64,000 nucleotides of DNA from an uncultured bacterium (GTDB lineage: Bacteria > Zixibacteria > MSB-5A5 > GN15 > FEB-12), in assembly GCA_965372795.1 (NCBI GenBank), contig CBDVDR010000017.1, forward strand, positions 9,472 to 73,471. The letters are read 5' to 3'. Made by a program: the position numbers and the translations under genes. Below the pieces are notes generated by a model. It saw only the letters and a program-made list of their open reading frames with translations. It made no database searches and was not told the origin of the DNA. Of this stretch, positions 18,878-27,531 are shown in pieces; position 1 is the stretch's first letter, and each line of letters begins with the position of its first letter.

Positions 18878-18930
18878 GGGTGCCCCACTCCTTGGGGTGG
18901 GTTTATGTTCATCTCAACCAATAAATCACA
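18878..18930 (+). repeat. right copy of the 53-bp direct repeat
   Basis: See 17138-17190. Overlaps the last 6 codons plus stop (V I Y W L R stop) of the minus-strand 78-aa gene. Confidence 0.85.
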
Positions 18931-19145
18931 TTCAATATCGACCCCACCGCAAACAACACCCACGCCAATCGAAACAAGTTGTAACCAAGCGGAGTAAACA
19001 TCGCTTTATGCTTTTTCATGTTTTGCATGTCAAGCTTCACTGTCTCTCCGGGTGGATTATCCATTTTAAGTTTGTGGGTTGATACTGCCATCAGAATGAA
19101 GGCACAGAACCAGCATAATAGTGCGAGCACGAGAAGTATTTCCAT
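18909..19145 (-). CDS. small membrane protein (2 TM)
   Basis: 78 aa. TMs ILLVLALLCWFCAFILMAV and LFRLAWVLFAVGSILNVIYW. Good RBS AAGAGGA. 40 nt downstream of the 186-aa gene. Confidence 0.55.
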   Translation of the reverse strand: MEILLVLALLCWFCAFILMAVSTHKLKMDNPPGETVKLDMQNMKKHKAMFTPLGYNLFRLAWVLFAVGSILNVIYWLR

Positions 19146-19185
19146 CGTCAGTCCTCTTTATAAATCCTGCGTTTATTTAAGTTTG

Positions 19186-19746
19186 TTATAAAATAGTATC
19201 TACATCATTAATAAAAAGCCTAAGAATATCCCCTTTGTTTAATCCTTTATTTGAATGCCCTAAATCTTTCCTTATTGCAAACAATAACTCTTCTAAACTT
19301 AGTAGCAGTAATGGACTTTTGGGATCAGTTGCTGTTATTGTAGTTTGTCTAAATGCAACGAATGAATTTACAACTTGATCACCACCCCAAGGTATTAACT
19401 CTTGCATAAAACCTACTAAAAATGCTATAATTTCTTCATTTGTTTTTTTCTTTTCCTTTAACTCACCTGCAAATAAAGTATCAAATATAAAGTATATAAA
19501 TTTTGTATAAATATCTCTTTTTTTCTCACTTTGCTCTTCTCTGATTATTTTTTTCTTCTCATATAAATTTGCAATTATTAATGAAAATACAGAAATCATT
19601 ATTGTTCCACTAACTGCCACTACTGCGATAACTATATCATTATTCATACTCAAAATTTTATCTAAAACTAATTCGATTATTTTATAAATAAAGAATCCTG
19701 AAATTATTACAACAATAAGACTAAAAAACATACTACTATTTTTCAT
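19186..19746 (-). CDS. membrane protein (2 N-terminal TM plus helical cytoplasmic domain), hypothetical
   Basis: 186 aa. TMs FFSLIVVIISGFFIYKIIELV and IVIAVVAVSGTIMISVFSLIIA. RBS AAGGATGG. Downstream of the KAP NTPase on the same strand. Confidence 0.6.
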   Translation of the reverse strand: MKNSSMFFSLIVVIISGFFIYKIIELVLDKILSMNNDIVIAVVAVSGTIMISVFSLIIANLYEKKKIIREEQSEKKRDIYTKFIYFIFDTLFAGELKEKKKTNEEIIAFLVGFMQELIPWGGDQVVNSFVAFRQTTITATDPKSPLLLLSLEELLFAIRKDLGHSNKGLNKGDILRLFINDVDTIL

Positions 19747-19780
19747 AAATCCATCCTTCTATTAAAATTTGAGCAGGTTA

Positions 19781-19834
19781 GAAGCCCTACGCTCACGACA
19801 ATTGTTTGGCAGCATCACAGGGATGCCGCCCTAC
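19781..19834 (-). repeat. REP-like units in minus orientation between the KAP NTPase and the 186-aa gene
   Basis: The reverse complement reads gtagggcggcatccctgtgatgctgcc (same family as 15442 and 33960) plus a second gtaggg at 19785-19790. Confidence 0.75.
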
Positions 19835-19839
19835 TTGAA

Positions 19840-21561
19840 TTAAGACACTCTATCCTGAAAGTAATATTTAATGATTTTTACATTTTCATCAATTTCCTCA
19901 AAATTACTAAACAAAACTGAGGTATAGTTTAATTCCATAAATATTTCTGGTAATTCAGTGGCAGCTAAACCTGGTAATATCACTAATAGAATTTCTTTTT
20001 GTTCAAATTTATCAGAATGAAGATATTCAATTAATTTTCTATAAAGAGATTCATCAATATTTGAATCAATAAAAAACAAAAAGGCTAAACTATTGGAAAT
20101 ATAACTTTCTGCTAAATATCTATTTGGGTCAAAACTTTCTAAGAAACTATCAGAATACGTCATGTGATTATAGCCAGACTCATTAAACATTTCAATTAAT
20201 TTTGACAAGAATTCTTGAGGTATTGATTTCTCATTAAATATACTAACTCTAGAAAATGATTTAAGTTTTTTAGAATAATTTTCTTTCTTTCTTTGAGTCA
20301 TCAGGAATTGAGTTGTTGTGGTTCTTTTGATGTCGTTTGACAACCACTCTTCACCAAATCCGGAACTTAGCAATTTGTATAATTCTGGATCAGAGTTACA
20401 TTTCTTTGCAATAATTCTAATTTTATCATCAGGTGAGTCAATTGGAATTTTATTTTTATTTATCCATTCTATAATTTCTGCACATAGATATTTGTGTTTA
20501 ATAAGTAAATCAAAGATATATTCCCACCTTGATTGTAAACTTCTTGAAATTGCAAAGTATCCTATTGGAATTTTATCATCTTCATTCGAATTTATTTCAT
20601 TAAATATCTCACAATCAATAAGAAGATTATTTACGAATCTAATAGTTGTTCTTGGATTGTTTCCGCACGCTGTACCAATAATTGGCAAAATTACTTTAAA
20701 TGCATCACTATTCTCTATCTCTAATTGCTCAATCAAACTATTTGAGAAGTTTTCCATTCGTTGGTCATGAGGTGGAATTGGAAAAGGTAACTGCACCATT
20801 TTGTCTAAGTATTTACTCCCCTCGTCACCTTTTAGCCCAAATTCTTTCTCAAACCTATGTTGCAAATATCCTTCAATAATTGTTCTGGCAACTCCAAGTA
20901 TGAATACGAAACCCTTTTGTGATAGAACTAATTTGATGCTTTCAAGTAGCTTGACAGCGTTATCTGGAAAACATCTATCCAAATCATCTATTAGTACTAC
21001 GACTTTGAATTCAGAATCAATCTCAATCTTTGAAAGAGTTTCAAATGCATCAAAATATAAACTTTTATCAAGCAAAGGATCAGTTCTCTGTTTATCACTA
21101 TGATCGATCATATCTTTCGCAACAAATCCTGCTTCTATTTCAGCAAAACCCGGAATCTTTATTTTTGATTTTGCCGAAAATCCATAGGCAACTGCTTTTA
21201 ATCCTCTAACAAAAGATTTAAGTTGTCCTTTAAGCTTTTGGTCTTCACTTTTAAAATTTTCTAATCCTTGTACAATAGTTGCAACAAGGGGTACAATAGG
21301 ATGATCTTCCTGTTCAAAACGCCAGGCATTAAACCAAATCGTAATAATATTATTATTTTCCTCTAAATGCTTTTGAGTCAGTCTCAACAGGCTGGTCTTG
21401 CCTGAACCCCATTCACCGAATACACCTATCGTAAATGGTCCGGTCGTTCCAGCCGCCGCATCGCCTAAAACTTTTGCATAAGTATGAAATCCAAGCCCAT
21501 CTGTCTTAGAGTTATCATGCTCGCCGATTGCTTGATCTGATAATAATTTGAGTTTTCCCAT
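19840..21561 (-). CDS. KAP-family P-loop NTPase with extra C-terminal alpha/beta module
   Basis: 573 aa. Walker A GVFGEWGSGKTSLL, NAWRFE, Walker B VVVLIDDLDRC, LESIKL... as in KAP NTPases. No TM insert seen. About 130 aa of C-terminal extra domain. RBS GAGAGGGA. Confidence 0.8.
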   Translation of the reverse strand: MGKLKLLSDQAIGEHDNSKTDGLGFHTYAKVLGDAAAGTTGPFTIGVFGEWGSGKTSLLRLTQKHLEENNNIITIWFNAWRFEQEDHPIVPLVATIVQGLENFKSEDQKLKGQLKSFVRGLKAVAYGFSAKSKIKIPGFAEIEAGFVAKDMIDHSDKQRTDPLLDKSLYFDAFETLSKIEIDSEFKVVVLIDDLDRCFPDNAVKLLESIKLVLSQKGFVFILGVARTIIEGYLQHRFEKEFGLKGDEGSKYLDKMVQLPFPIPPHDQRMENFSNSLIEQLEIENSDAFKVILPIIGTACGNNPRTTIRFVNNLLIDCEIFNEINSNEDDKIPIGYFAISRSLQSRWEYIFDLLIKHKYLCAEIIEWINKNKIPIDSPDDKIRIIAKKCNSDPELYKLLSSGFGEEWLSNDIKRTTTTQFLMTQRKKENYSKKLKSFSRVSIFNEKSIPQEFLSKLIEMFNESGYNHMTYSDSFLESFDPNRYLAESYISNSLAFLFFIDSNIDESLYRKLIEYLHSDKFEQKEILLVILPGLAATELPEIFMELNYTSVLFSNFEEIDENVKIIKYYFQDRVS

Positions 21562-21652
21562 TTTCCCTCTCGTTTATGAGGATTAGTTTTAGCCTCACAT
21601 TTTATTTAAATGTACAAACAAGTCCCCCACAAATCAAGACCTTTCCCACCAC

Positions 21653-21727
21653 AAAAAAAGGCAGTCCGCCTTGGTGGACTGCCCTACTTAAATCTAACAC
21701 TGGATTCCTGCTTTCGCAGGAATGACA
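21653..21727 (-). repeat. REP-like units; the first acts as a terminator for the HMGCS operon
   Basis: The minus strand reads gtcattcctgcgaaagcaggaatcc ... gtagggcagtccaccaaggcggactgcc followed by T7. Confidence 0.75.
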
Positions 21728-21819
21728 ATTTGCTTTACATGCGAAGCAATAGACTAACCTCGTTAGTGGCTATGCCACTCGACACATGCGAAGCATCAAA
21801 CCGATTATATCGGTGTCAC

Positions 21820-22221
21820 CTAGTACCATTTGGGGACGAATTTGTGTCCATAACTGATCACGCCATGATGCGCCTCTTTCTGGACCAGTCGGAATTCCAA
21901 ACGGACTTCCATTCCGATCTTGACTTCCTCAACATCACAATCCGTCATCTGTCCAAAGACACGAGTACCATCGGTCAGCTCAACAATTGCCAACGCATAA
22001 GGACCCAAATCACCCCATTCTGCAGGAGCAATCCGTATCACAGTAAAGGTTACGATCTTGCCGGTATCAGGAAGGACCACCGTTTCCGATTCGGTCTCGC
22101 CTGTTTTGGGATCGATCAAGCGTTTTGGAAAATATACGTTTCCGCTTTCTTTGAACTTGCATGCTTCACGGCGGTAACGCTGGGGATATTCACGCCAGTT
22201 ACGAGAACTAAACATAGTCAT
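21820..22221 (-). CDS. DUF35-type OB-fold protein (scaffold of archaeal thiolase/HMG-CoA synthase complex)
   Basis: 133 aa. OB-fold part GKIVTFTVI...YALAIVELTDGTRVFGQMTDCD..IGMEV. Start overlaps the thiolase stop (TAATG). The usual four zinc-ribbon cysteines are absent (only one Cys in that region). Confidence 0.75.
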   Translation of the reverse strand: MTMFSSRNWREYPQRYRREACKFKESGNVYFPKRLIDPKTGETESETVVLPDTGKIVTFTVIRIAPAEWGDLGPYALAIVELTDGTRVFGQMTDCDVEEVKIGMEVRLEFRLVQKEAHHGVISYGHKFVPKWY

Positions 22222-23381
22222 TACGCCACCTCCATGATATGGACAACCGAAGAACCACCGGAACCACCCATGTTCTGAGTCATGCCGATTTTAGGTGAGC
22301 CGGGAATCTGACGCCCGTTCTCAGCCTGTCCGGTTAACTGTTTGTACGCTTCGACCATTTGTGCAACACCGGTTGCACCGACCGGATGACCTTTGGATTT
22401 CAAACCGCCGGATGAGTTCATCGGGAACTTGCCATCAAGTGCGGTTTCACCGGCAAGGATCGCCGGACCGGCTTTACCCGGTTCAAAGATTCCGATAGAT
22501 TCAGCGACAATTATTTCAGCAATAGTGAAACAATCATGCACTTCGGCAAACTGCATATCTTTGATAGTTTTGCCAGCCATCTTAAATGCCCGATCAGCGG
22601 CGATAGTAGCGGCTTTGATGGTTGTCATATCTTCACGCTGGGCCAGCTGAATGGTATCAGTGCCGACACCGGTGCCGATGATTTTGATATATGGTTTACC
22701 AAGTTTCTTGGCAACTTCTTCAGATGTTAAAATAACAGCTGCGGCACCATCGGTGATTGGTGAACAGTCTAAAATATGAAGCGGATCGGCAACCATGACA
22801 GAATTGGCGACCTGTTCCATTTTAAGTTTGAACGGATACTGTGCCACCGGATTCATCGAACCGTTAAAATGGTTCTTCACTGCTACAGCCGAAAGCATAT
22901 CACGAGTCGTGCCATACTTGGCAATGTGAACATTCGCCATCATAGCATAGAGTCCCGGGAAGGTTGCGCCGTGGAAAACTTCATATTCCTGATCGGCGGC
23001 GGCGGCAAGTGCCTGAGTGGCTTCTTCACCGTCACAGTCGGTCATTTTTTCAACTCCGGAAGCCATCACGATGTCTGACATCCCTGAGGCTACTTCGATA
23101 AAGGCTGCCCGGATTGCCATTCCGCCCGAGGCACAAGCTGCCTCAACGCGCATCGCCGGTAATCCCGACATACCCATGTAATCAGTTAACAATGAAGCCA
23201 GATGTTCCTGTCCGACAAACATACCACCGGACATACAACCGGTATACATTCCGTCAAGATGGTCAACTCCAGCATTTTTTATCGCTTTAAGAGCGGCATC
23301 GGTGTGGAGATCACGAAGTGACTGTCGCCATACTTCGCCCCACTTACTCATACCAACGCCAACTACACAAACATCTCTCAT
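22221..23381 (-). CDS. thiolase-domain protein (archaeal-type acetoacetyl-CoA thiolase)
   Basis: Catalytic Cys in [33 protein letters not shown]. The track start is GTG 23390. ATG 23381 lies 8 nt after AGGAG and is preferred. Confidence 0.85.
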   Translation of the reverse strand: MRDVCVVGVGMSKWGEVWRQSLRDLHTDAALKAIKNAGVDHLDGMYTGCMSGGMFVGQEHLASLLTDYMGMSGLPAMRVEAACASGGMAIRAAFIEVASGMSDIVMASGVEKMTDCDGEEATQALAAAADQEYEVFHGATFPGLYAMMANVHIAKYGTTRDMLSAVAVKNHFNGSMNPVAQYPFKLKMEQVANSVMVADPLHILDCSPITDGAAAVILTSEEVAKKLGKPYIKIIGTGVGTDTIQLAQREDMTTIKAATIAADRAFKMAGKTIKDMQFAEVHDCFTIAEIIVAESIGIFEPGKAGPAILAGETALDGKFPMNSSGGLKSKGHPVGATGVAQMVEAYKQLTGQAENGRQIPGSPKIGMTQNMGGSGGSSVVHIMEVA

Positions 23382-23392
23382 ATCATTCACTC

Positions 23393-24442
23393 CTAATCGT
23401 TCTTGATGATTTTGTGTCTGAACTTGGCGTAGGTGCCATAGTCGATGTAGGTCAAATTCTCCTCGAGAAGCTTTTGGGTTTTAACCGCAAGGTCTCGTAC
23501 TTCGTTGATGCGATCAGTTACTTTCCAGATGAAAGCATCCGATCCCGCACCCGAACCATAGGAGCACATAAAGATCATGTCGCCCGGCTGGGAAACATCC
23601 AATGTAGCCGTTAAGCCGATTGGTGAGGCACCCGAGTAGGTATTACCCAGTGTCGGAGCCAGCCAGCCCGGATCAATCTGTTCCTGCGTGAAGCCAAGTT
23701 CAAATGCGACGCGCTGGGGGAATTTACCGTTAGGCTGATGGAAAATAGCATATTTGAAATCAGATGGTTTCATTCCGGCTTTTTCCAATATAGCATTTGA
23801 TGCTCCTTTGGTGTGAGCAAAGTAAGCTTCTTCACCGGTGAATCGTCCGCCATGCTGGGGATAGAACTGGTGTTCTCTCCGCCAGAAATCAGGCATATCG
23901 GTCATGTATGAATGAGTATGTTCAATTGATGCGATCACATTATCATTACCCATAATAAAAGCACCGGCACCGGCAGCAGCAGAAAATTCAAGGGCATCCG
24001 AAGGAGCACCCTGAGAGGTATCAGCTGCGATTGCCAGAGCATATTTCATCTCGCCTGCTTTGATATGGCTAAGAGCAACATACATTGCCTCTGAACCGGC
24101 TTTACAGGCAAATTCAAAATCAGCACAATGAATATCCGGGGTCGCGCCGAGTGCTTCGGCAACAGTTGTACCGGATGGTTTTACGGCGTACGGATGAGAT
24201 TCCGAGCCGATATAAATTGCTCCGATATCTTTTGGATCAACTCCCCCGGAACGCTTGAATGCGTTACGGGCAGCCTCTACAGATAACGTAATGGTATCCA
24301 TATCCGGCGGAGGGACAGATTTTTCACGAAGCATCAGTCCTTTTTTGTAACTTGGGGCATCGGCTCCCCATACCTTAGCGATCTCTTCCACCTTAATCCG
24401 ATGTCTGGGAAGATGGGCGCCATAGCCAACAATTCCTGCCAT
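23393..24442 (-). CDS. hydroxymethylglutaryl-CoA synthase, archaeal/short type
   Basis: 349 aa. [14 protein letters not shown]-terminus, [11 protein letters not shown], catalytic Cys in [30 protein letters not shown]. Confidence 0.85.
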   Translation of the reverse strand: MAGIVGYGAHLPRHRIKVEEIAKVWGADAPSYKKGLMLREKSVPPPDMDTITLSVEAARNAFKRSGGVDPKDIGAIYIGSESHPYAVKPSGTTVAEALGATPDIHCADFEFACKAGSEAMYVALSHIKAGEMKYALAIAADTSQGAPSDALEFSAAAGAGAFIMGNDNVIASIEHTHSYMTDMPDFWRREHQFYPQHGGRFTGEEAYFAHTKGASNAILEKAGMKPSDFKYAIFHQPNGKFPQRVAFELGFTQEQIDPGWLAPTLGNTYSGASPIGLTATLDVSQPGDMIFMCSYGSGAGSDAFIWKVTDRINEVRDLAVKTQKLLEENLTYIDYGTYAKFRHKIIKND

Positions 24443-24670
24443 AAGAGCCTCTTATATTTTATAGTTCTATTTAAGTGTCCAATTTCAAAAAACGTACGAA
24501 ATTCAATAATAACCGTTTCTATGCGAAAAACAAGTTTCGGACGATAAATATTGTGAAAATATTATTTATGTGATCTTAAAAAATGTTTTATAAGAGGGCT
24601 TTACAATTTGAAAAGCAGGATAATATGGGTAATAAATTAATTCAAACCGATGTAATTAGTAAGGTTCAGG

Positions 24671-25315
24671 ATGCCGATAATAATAATTATGCATAAGAAT
24701 ATATTATTTCTCTCAATAATTATCATTGCAACTATTACTTTAGGCGACAGCCTGTTTGCCGTTGATAGTTATGAGGTTACGAGCACGCCTAATAAAGACA
24801 CTCAGTTTGACAAAAATACTGCTTTCTATGAAGGTGACTCGCTCAACTATATTTTCTCTCCCCCGGATGGATTTAAACTGGAGCTTGAGCCGGCGATAAA
24901 CGATGGTTATTCGTTCGCTTTCATTAAAGAAAATGAAAAGTATAGTTCATCAGATGTTACCCTTACGATCAATATATTCAAACTGGAAGCTAACCAGTAT
25001 AATTTTGATATTGAGGGATATATCACCCATGACACCTCATCAATCAAAGATCATTTTGGCACCCATGTCGTTATTGATCAGATAGATTCGATCTTCAATT
25101 CCAACGGCAGAGAAATCACAACTTACTACATCAACGACAAAACCAGGTTTATTCCGAACGTGATGATTTCTTATTATAATGCCGGTAATGAGTTCTTGAT
25201 ATTCGAACTTGTTATATCGCCGGGATATCCCCGTTTTCAGGCTGAGGATGAATATATCGCTATGATCCGCAATTTCAAGACCCTCATTAAAGGCAGTTTT
25301 GGCAAAAAGCCATAG
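24671..25315 (+). CDS. hypothetical secreted/anchored protein
   Basis: 214 aa. N-terminal hydrophobic segment ILFLSIIIIATITLG. No recognisable domain. Confidence 0.5.
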   Translation: MPIIIIMHKNILFLSIIIIATITLGDSLFAVDSYEVTSTPNKDTQFDKNTAFYEGDSLNYIFSPPDGFKLELEPAINDGYSFAFIKENEKYSSSDVTLTINIFKLEANQYNFDIEGYITHDTSSIKDHFGTHVVIDQIDSIFNSNGREITTYYINDKTRFIPNVMISYYNAGNEFLIFELVISPGYPRFQAEDEYIAMIRNFKTLIKGSFGKKP

Positions 25316-25398
25316 TCTCCCCTGTTTCAGATTTGCAACCTTTCAATAACTTACCCGTATATCTATATTATAAGAGGAAAAAAATGTGAGAGGTAGTT

Positions 25399-25986
25399 AT
25401 GAAAAGGTTATCAATCTATTTACTGATGGGGTTGCTGTTGTTTGCCTTTGTGGGTCCTGTTGAAGGTAAAACCAGCAAGTACAAAAAAAGCAATCGCGAC
25501 TATGATCGTTATGACAGTAAGACTTCAATTGACATTGAAGATGGTTCGGTGATCGTTGAGTATGATGATCGTAAAACTTATGACAAAATAGAAATCACCG
25601 AGGATTACGAATTATTTATCAATGACGATCTGATTGATTGCAACGCCGACCAGACTAAACTGGTCAAAGAATTCCATACCAAGGTTTTTAAGATTAAAAA
25701 GTATGCCGTCAATATTGGCTGGGAGGGTGCGAAAATTGGTGCCGAGGGTGCCAAGCTCGGACTTAAAGCTATTGGTCGGGTTATAAAACTGATCTCGGCT
25801 GATTATGATTCGGATGATCTTGAGCGTGACATGGAACGTGATGCCAAGAAGATTGAGAAGAAAGCTGATAAGCTTGAAAAAAAGGCTGAGATAATTGAGC
25901 GTATGGTTGAAGATCTTGACGATCTCGCCTATGAGATGAAAGAAGAAATCCCGGAACTTGATGAACTCGATTGGTTTTGGTTATAG
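25399..25986 (+). CDS. hypothetical secreted protein with acidic coiled-coil C-terminus
   Basis: 195 aa. Signal peptide LLMGLLLFAFVGPVEG/K, internal GWEGAKIGAEGAKLG, charged KKIEKKADKLEKKAE stretch. RBS GAGAGG. Confidence 0.55.
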   Translation: MKRLSIYLLMGLLLFAFVGPVEGKTSKYKKSNRDYDRYDSKTSIDIEDGSVIVEYDDRKTYDKIEITEDYELFINDDLIDCNADQTKLVKEFHTKVFKIKKYAVNIGWEGAKIGAEGAKLGLKAIGRVIKLISADYDSDDLERDMERDAKKIEKKADKLEKKAEIIERMVEDLDDLAYEMKEEIPELDELDWFWL

Positions 25987-25989
25987 CCC

Positions 25990-26010
25990 ACACCCTTCGG
26001 GTGTTTTATT
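25990..26010 (+). terminator. rho-independent terminator
   Basis: acacccTTCGgggtgt hairpin immediately after the stop, followed by ttttattt. Confidence 0.6.
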
Positions 26011-26099
26011 TAAATAATTAGATCAGTTGGTTTGTTTGACAAGTGGTTTAGGTTGATATTTGTGATTAAGGTTTGAATCTTCCACGCAATTTGTCTGTA

Positions 26100-26129
26100 G
26101 GCAGGTATCATTGATACCTGCCTTTTTTT
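26100..26129 (+). terminator. rho-independent terminator / REP-like hairpin
   Basis: gtaGGCAGGTATCattGATACCTGCC followed by T7. Confidence 0.7.
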
Positions 26130-26181
26130 ATTGTTAAATTCTCACTTGAATTGTAATAATTGATTACATATACTATTACCA

Positions 26182-26931
26182 ATGCAGAAAAATAATAGTA
26201 AAAAATGTATCGGTAGAAATCTAAACTTTAAACGATGTAATCGATCAATAAATCGGGGATTCTTTTGCCATGACCATAATAGGCAACCCGTGAGATTCCT
26301 ATATTCAACAGTTATGTTATTACTAAGCATTATGGCTTTTTTTTCATATTGTATTCCACCTTCACAAACAATTCAAGTTCAATCAAATCATGAGAGGGAT
26401 CTTATCATTTGTGATCATTATTCTTTAGCTCTTAGTTTATTCTTAGCAAGATTTAGATTTAATTTATATATGCTTCCCCTATCAGATCCAATAGAAACTA
26501 CAATTTTAGAAGCATTTCAACCTGGAAAAGATTTACTACATACAAAACCAGACTTGGATAAAATAACACCAGATGTGATAAAAATAATCTTTACCACCTA
26601 TGATTTCTCAACAACTTTATATAATTATGAACCAATACAAGGTGGCAGATTACCAACGAATGTCGAAATGCTAAAAGGTGACATAAAAACATTAAATGAC
26701 AACTGTATAGATATATTGAGTAAGTATGCAAGTAGCGGCGATCCAAAATTAATTCAATCAATTGAAGTTATGAGAAATAGAACTGATAATTTACTTGGTC
26801 CATTTGGCATATCAAATCTTTCAAAACCCAATAAACACGAAATAGCAGATCTAATAGAATTATTTGAATTATTGCTCTCATCATATAAAACAATTGATGA
26901 AATCAAGAGTCGTACAGAAAATACTGATTAA
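26182..26931 (+). CDS. hypothetical protein: N-terminal Cys/His knuckle, one TM, C-terminal helical domain
   Basis: 249 aa. KKCIGRNLNFKRCNRSINRGFFCHDH (C-x10-C-x11-C-x2-H), TM VMLLLSIMAFFSYCI. AT-rich, no obvious RBS. Confidence 0.45.
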   Translation: MQKNNSKKCIGRNLNFKRCNRSINRGFFCHDHNRQPVRFLYSTVMLLLSIMAFFSYCIPPSQTIQVQSNHERDLIICDHYSLALSLFLARFRFNLYMLPLSDPIETTILEAFQPGKDLLHTKPDLDKITPDVIKIIFTTYDFSTTLYNYEPIQGGRLPTNVEMLKGDIKTLNDNCIDILSKYASSGDPKLIQSIEVMRNRTDNLLGPFGISNLSKPNKHEIADLIELFELLLSSYKTIDEIKSRTENTD

Positions 26932-26987
26932 AATGAGATTCTGTGGTCTTGGCAAACGAGGTCGACAGATCCCACTTCCCATCATTA

Positions 26988-27491
26988 CTAAGCTTCAAAT
27001 AGATTATATTTTTTCATAATTTTAGCAAATGATTTATCAATATTTGTAAATATTTCTGTAATTTTTTCAAATGCTATAGATTGTGCTCTGTATCCAGCTT
27101 CTGATCCATTAAAGCTTGCAAAAGTCATATTTGTAAAAGGAATAATCAATTTCCTTAAATCTTCTGGTAAATAAAACAAGTTCTTTTCCCAATACTCACG
27201 CGCTTCGACAACATCCTCATAAATCTTTTTTTTAATTTCATCACTAGCTCCACCAAATGAATTTAATGCTCTATTTATCATGTGAGCAAGATGATAAGAT
27301 TTAGCCATTATTTTAATCGATTCCTCTGAAATTATTTTTTCAATTTGAAAGGATCTATCTTTTTCACGATCTGCTATTTCAAGTTCCTTTAATTTTCTTG
27401 TATATCGTAATGTATAAATTGGCAACCCAAAACCTACGAAGAATGGTAACATTTTTTCAAACGCTTTTAATATTTCTGTAAAGAATTCCAT
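26988..27491 (-). CDS. hypothetical membrane-anchored helical protein
   Basis: 167 aa. N-terminal hydrophobic LPFFVGFGLPIYTL. RBS AAGGAAA. AT-rich, convergent with 26182-26931. Confidence 0.5.
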   Translation of the reverse strand: MEFFTEILKAFEKMLPFFVGFGLPIYTLRYTRKLKELEIADREKDRSFQIEKIISEESIKIMAKSYHLAHMINRALNSFGGASDEIKKKIYEDVVEAREYWEKNLFYLPEDLRKLIIPFTNMTFASFNGSEAGYRAQSIAFEKITEIFTNIDKSFAKIMKKYNLFEA

Positions 27492-27531
27492 ATTGTTTCC
27501 TTTATTATTTTAATTTCCTGCGGTTTACTCA

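Noticed and set aside
20318-21103. 150-aa and 100-aa plus-strand ORFs opposite the KAP NTPase gene, as possible antitoxin or overlapping genes.
   Set aside because: Both are Ser/Leu/Ile-rich antisense shadows without RBSs. Walker motifs unambiguously support the KAP frame.
21610-22278. 222-aa plus-strand ORF.
   Set aside because: It starts inside the REP/terminator region and runs antisense through the DUF35 gene and the thiolase 3' end. It has no RBS, and its sequence is dominated by REP-derived translation.
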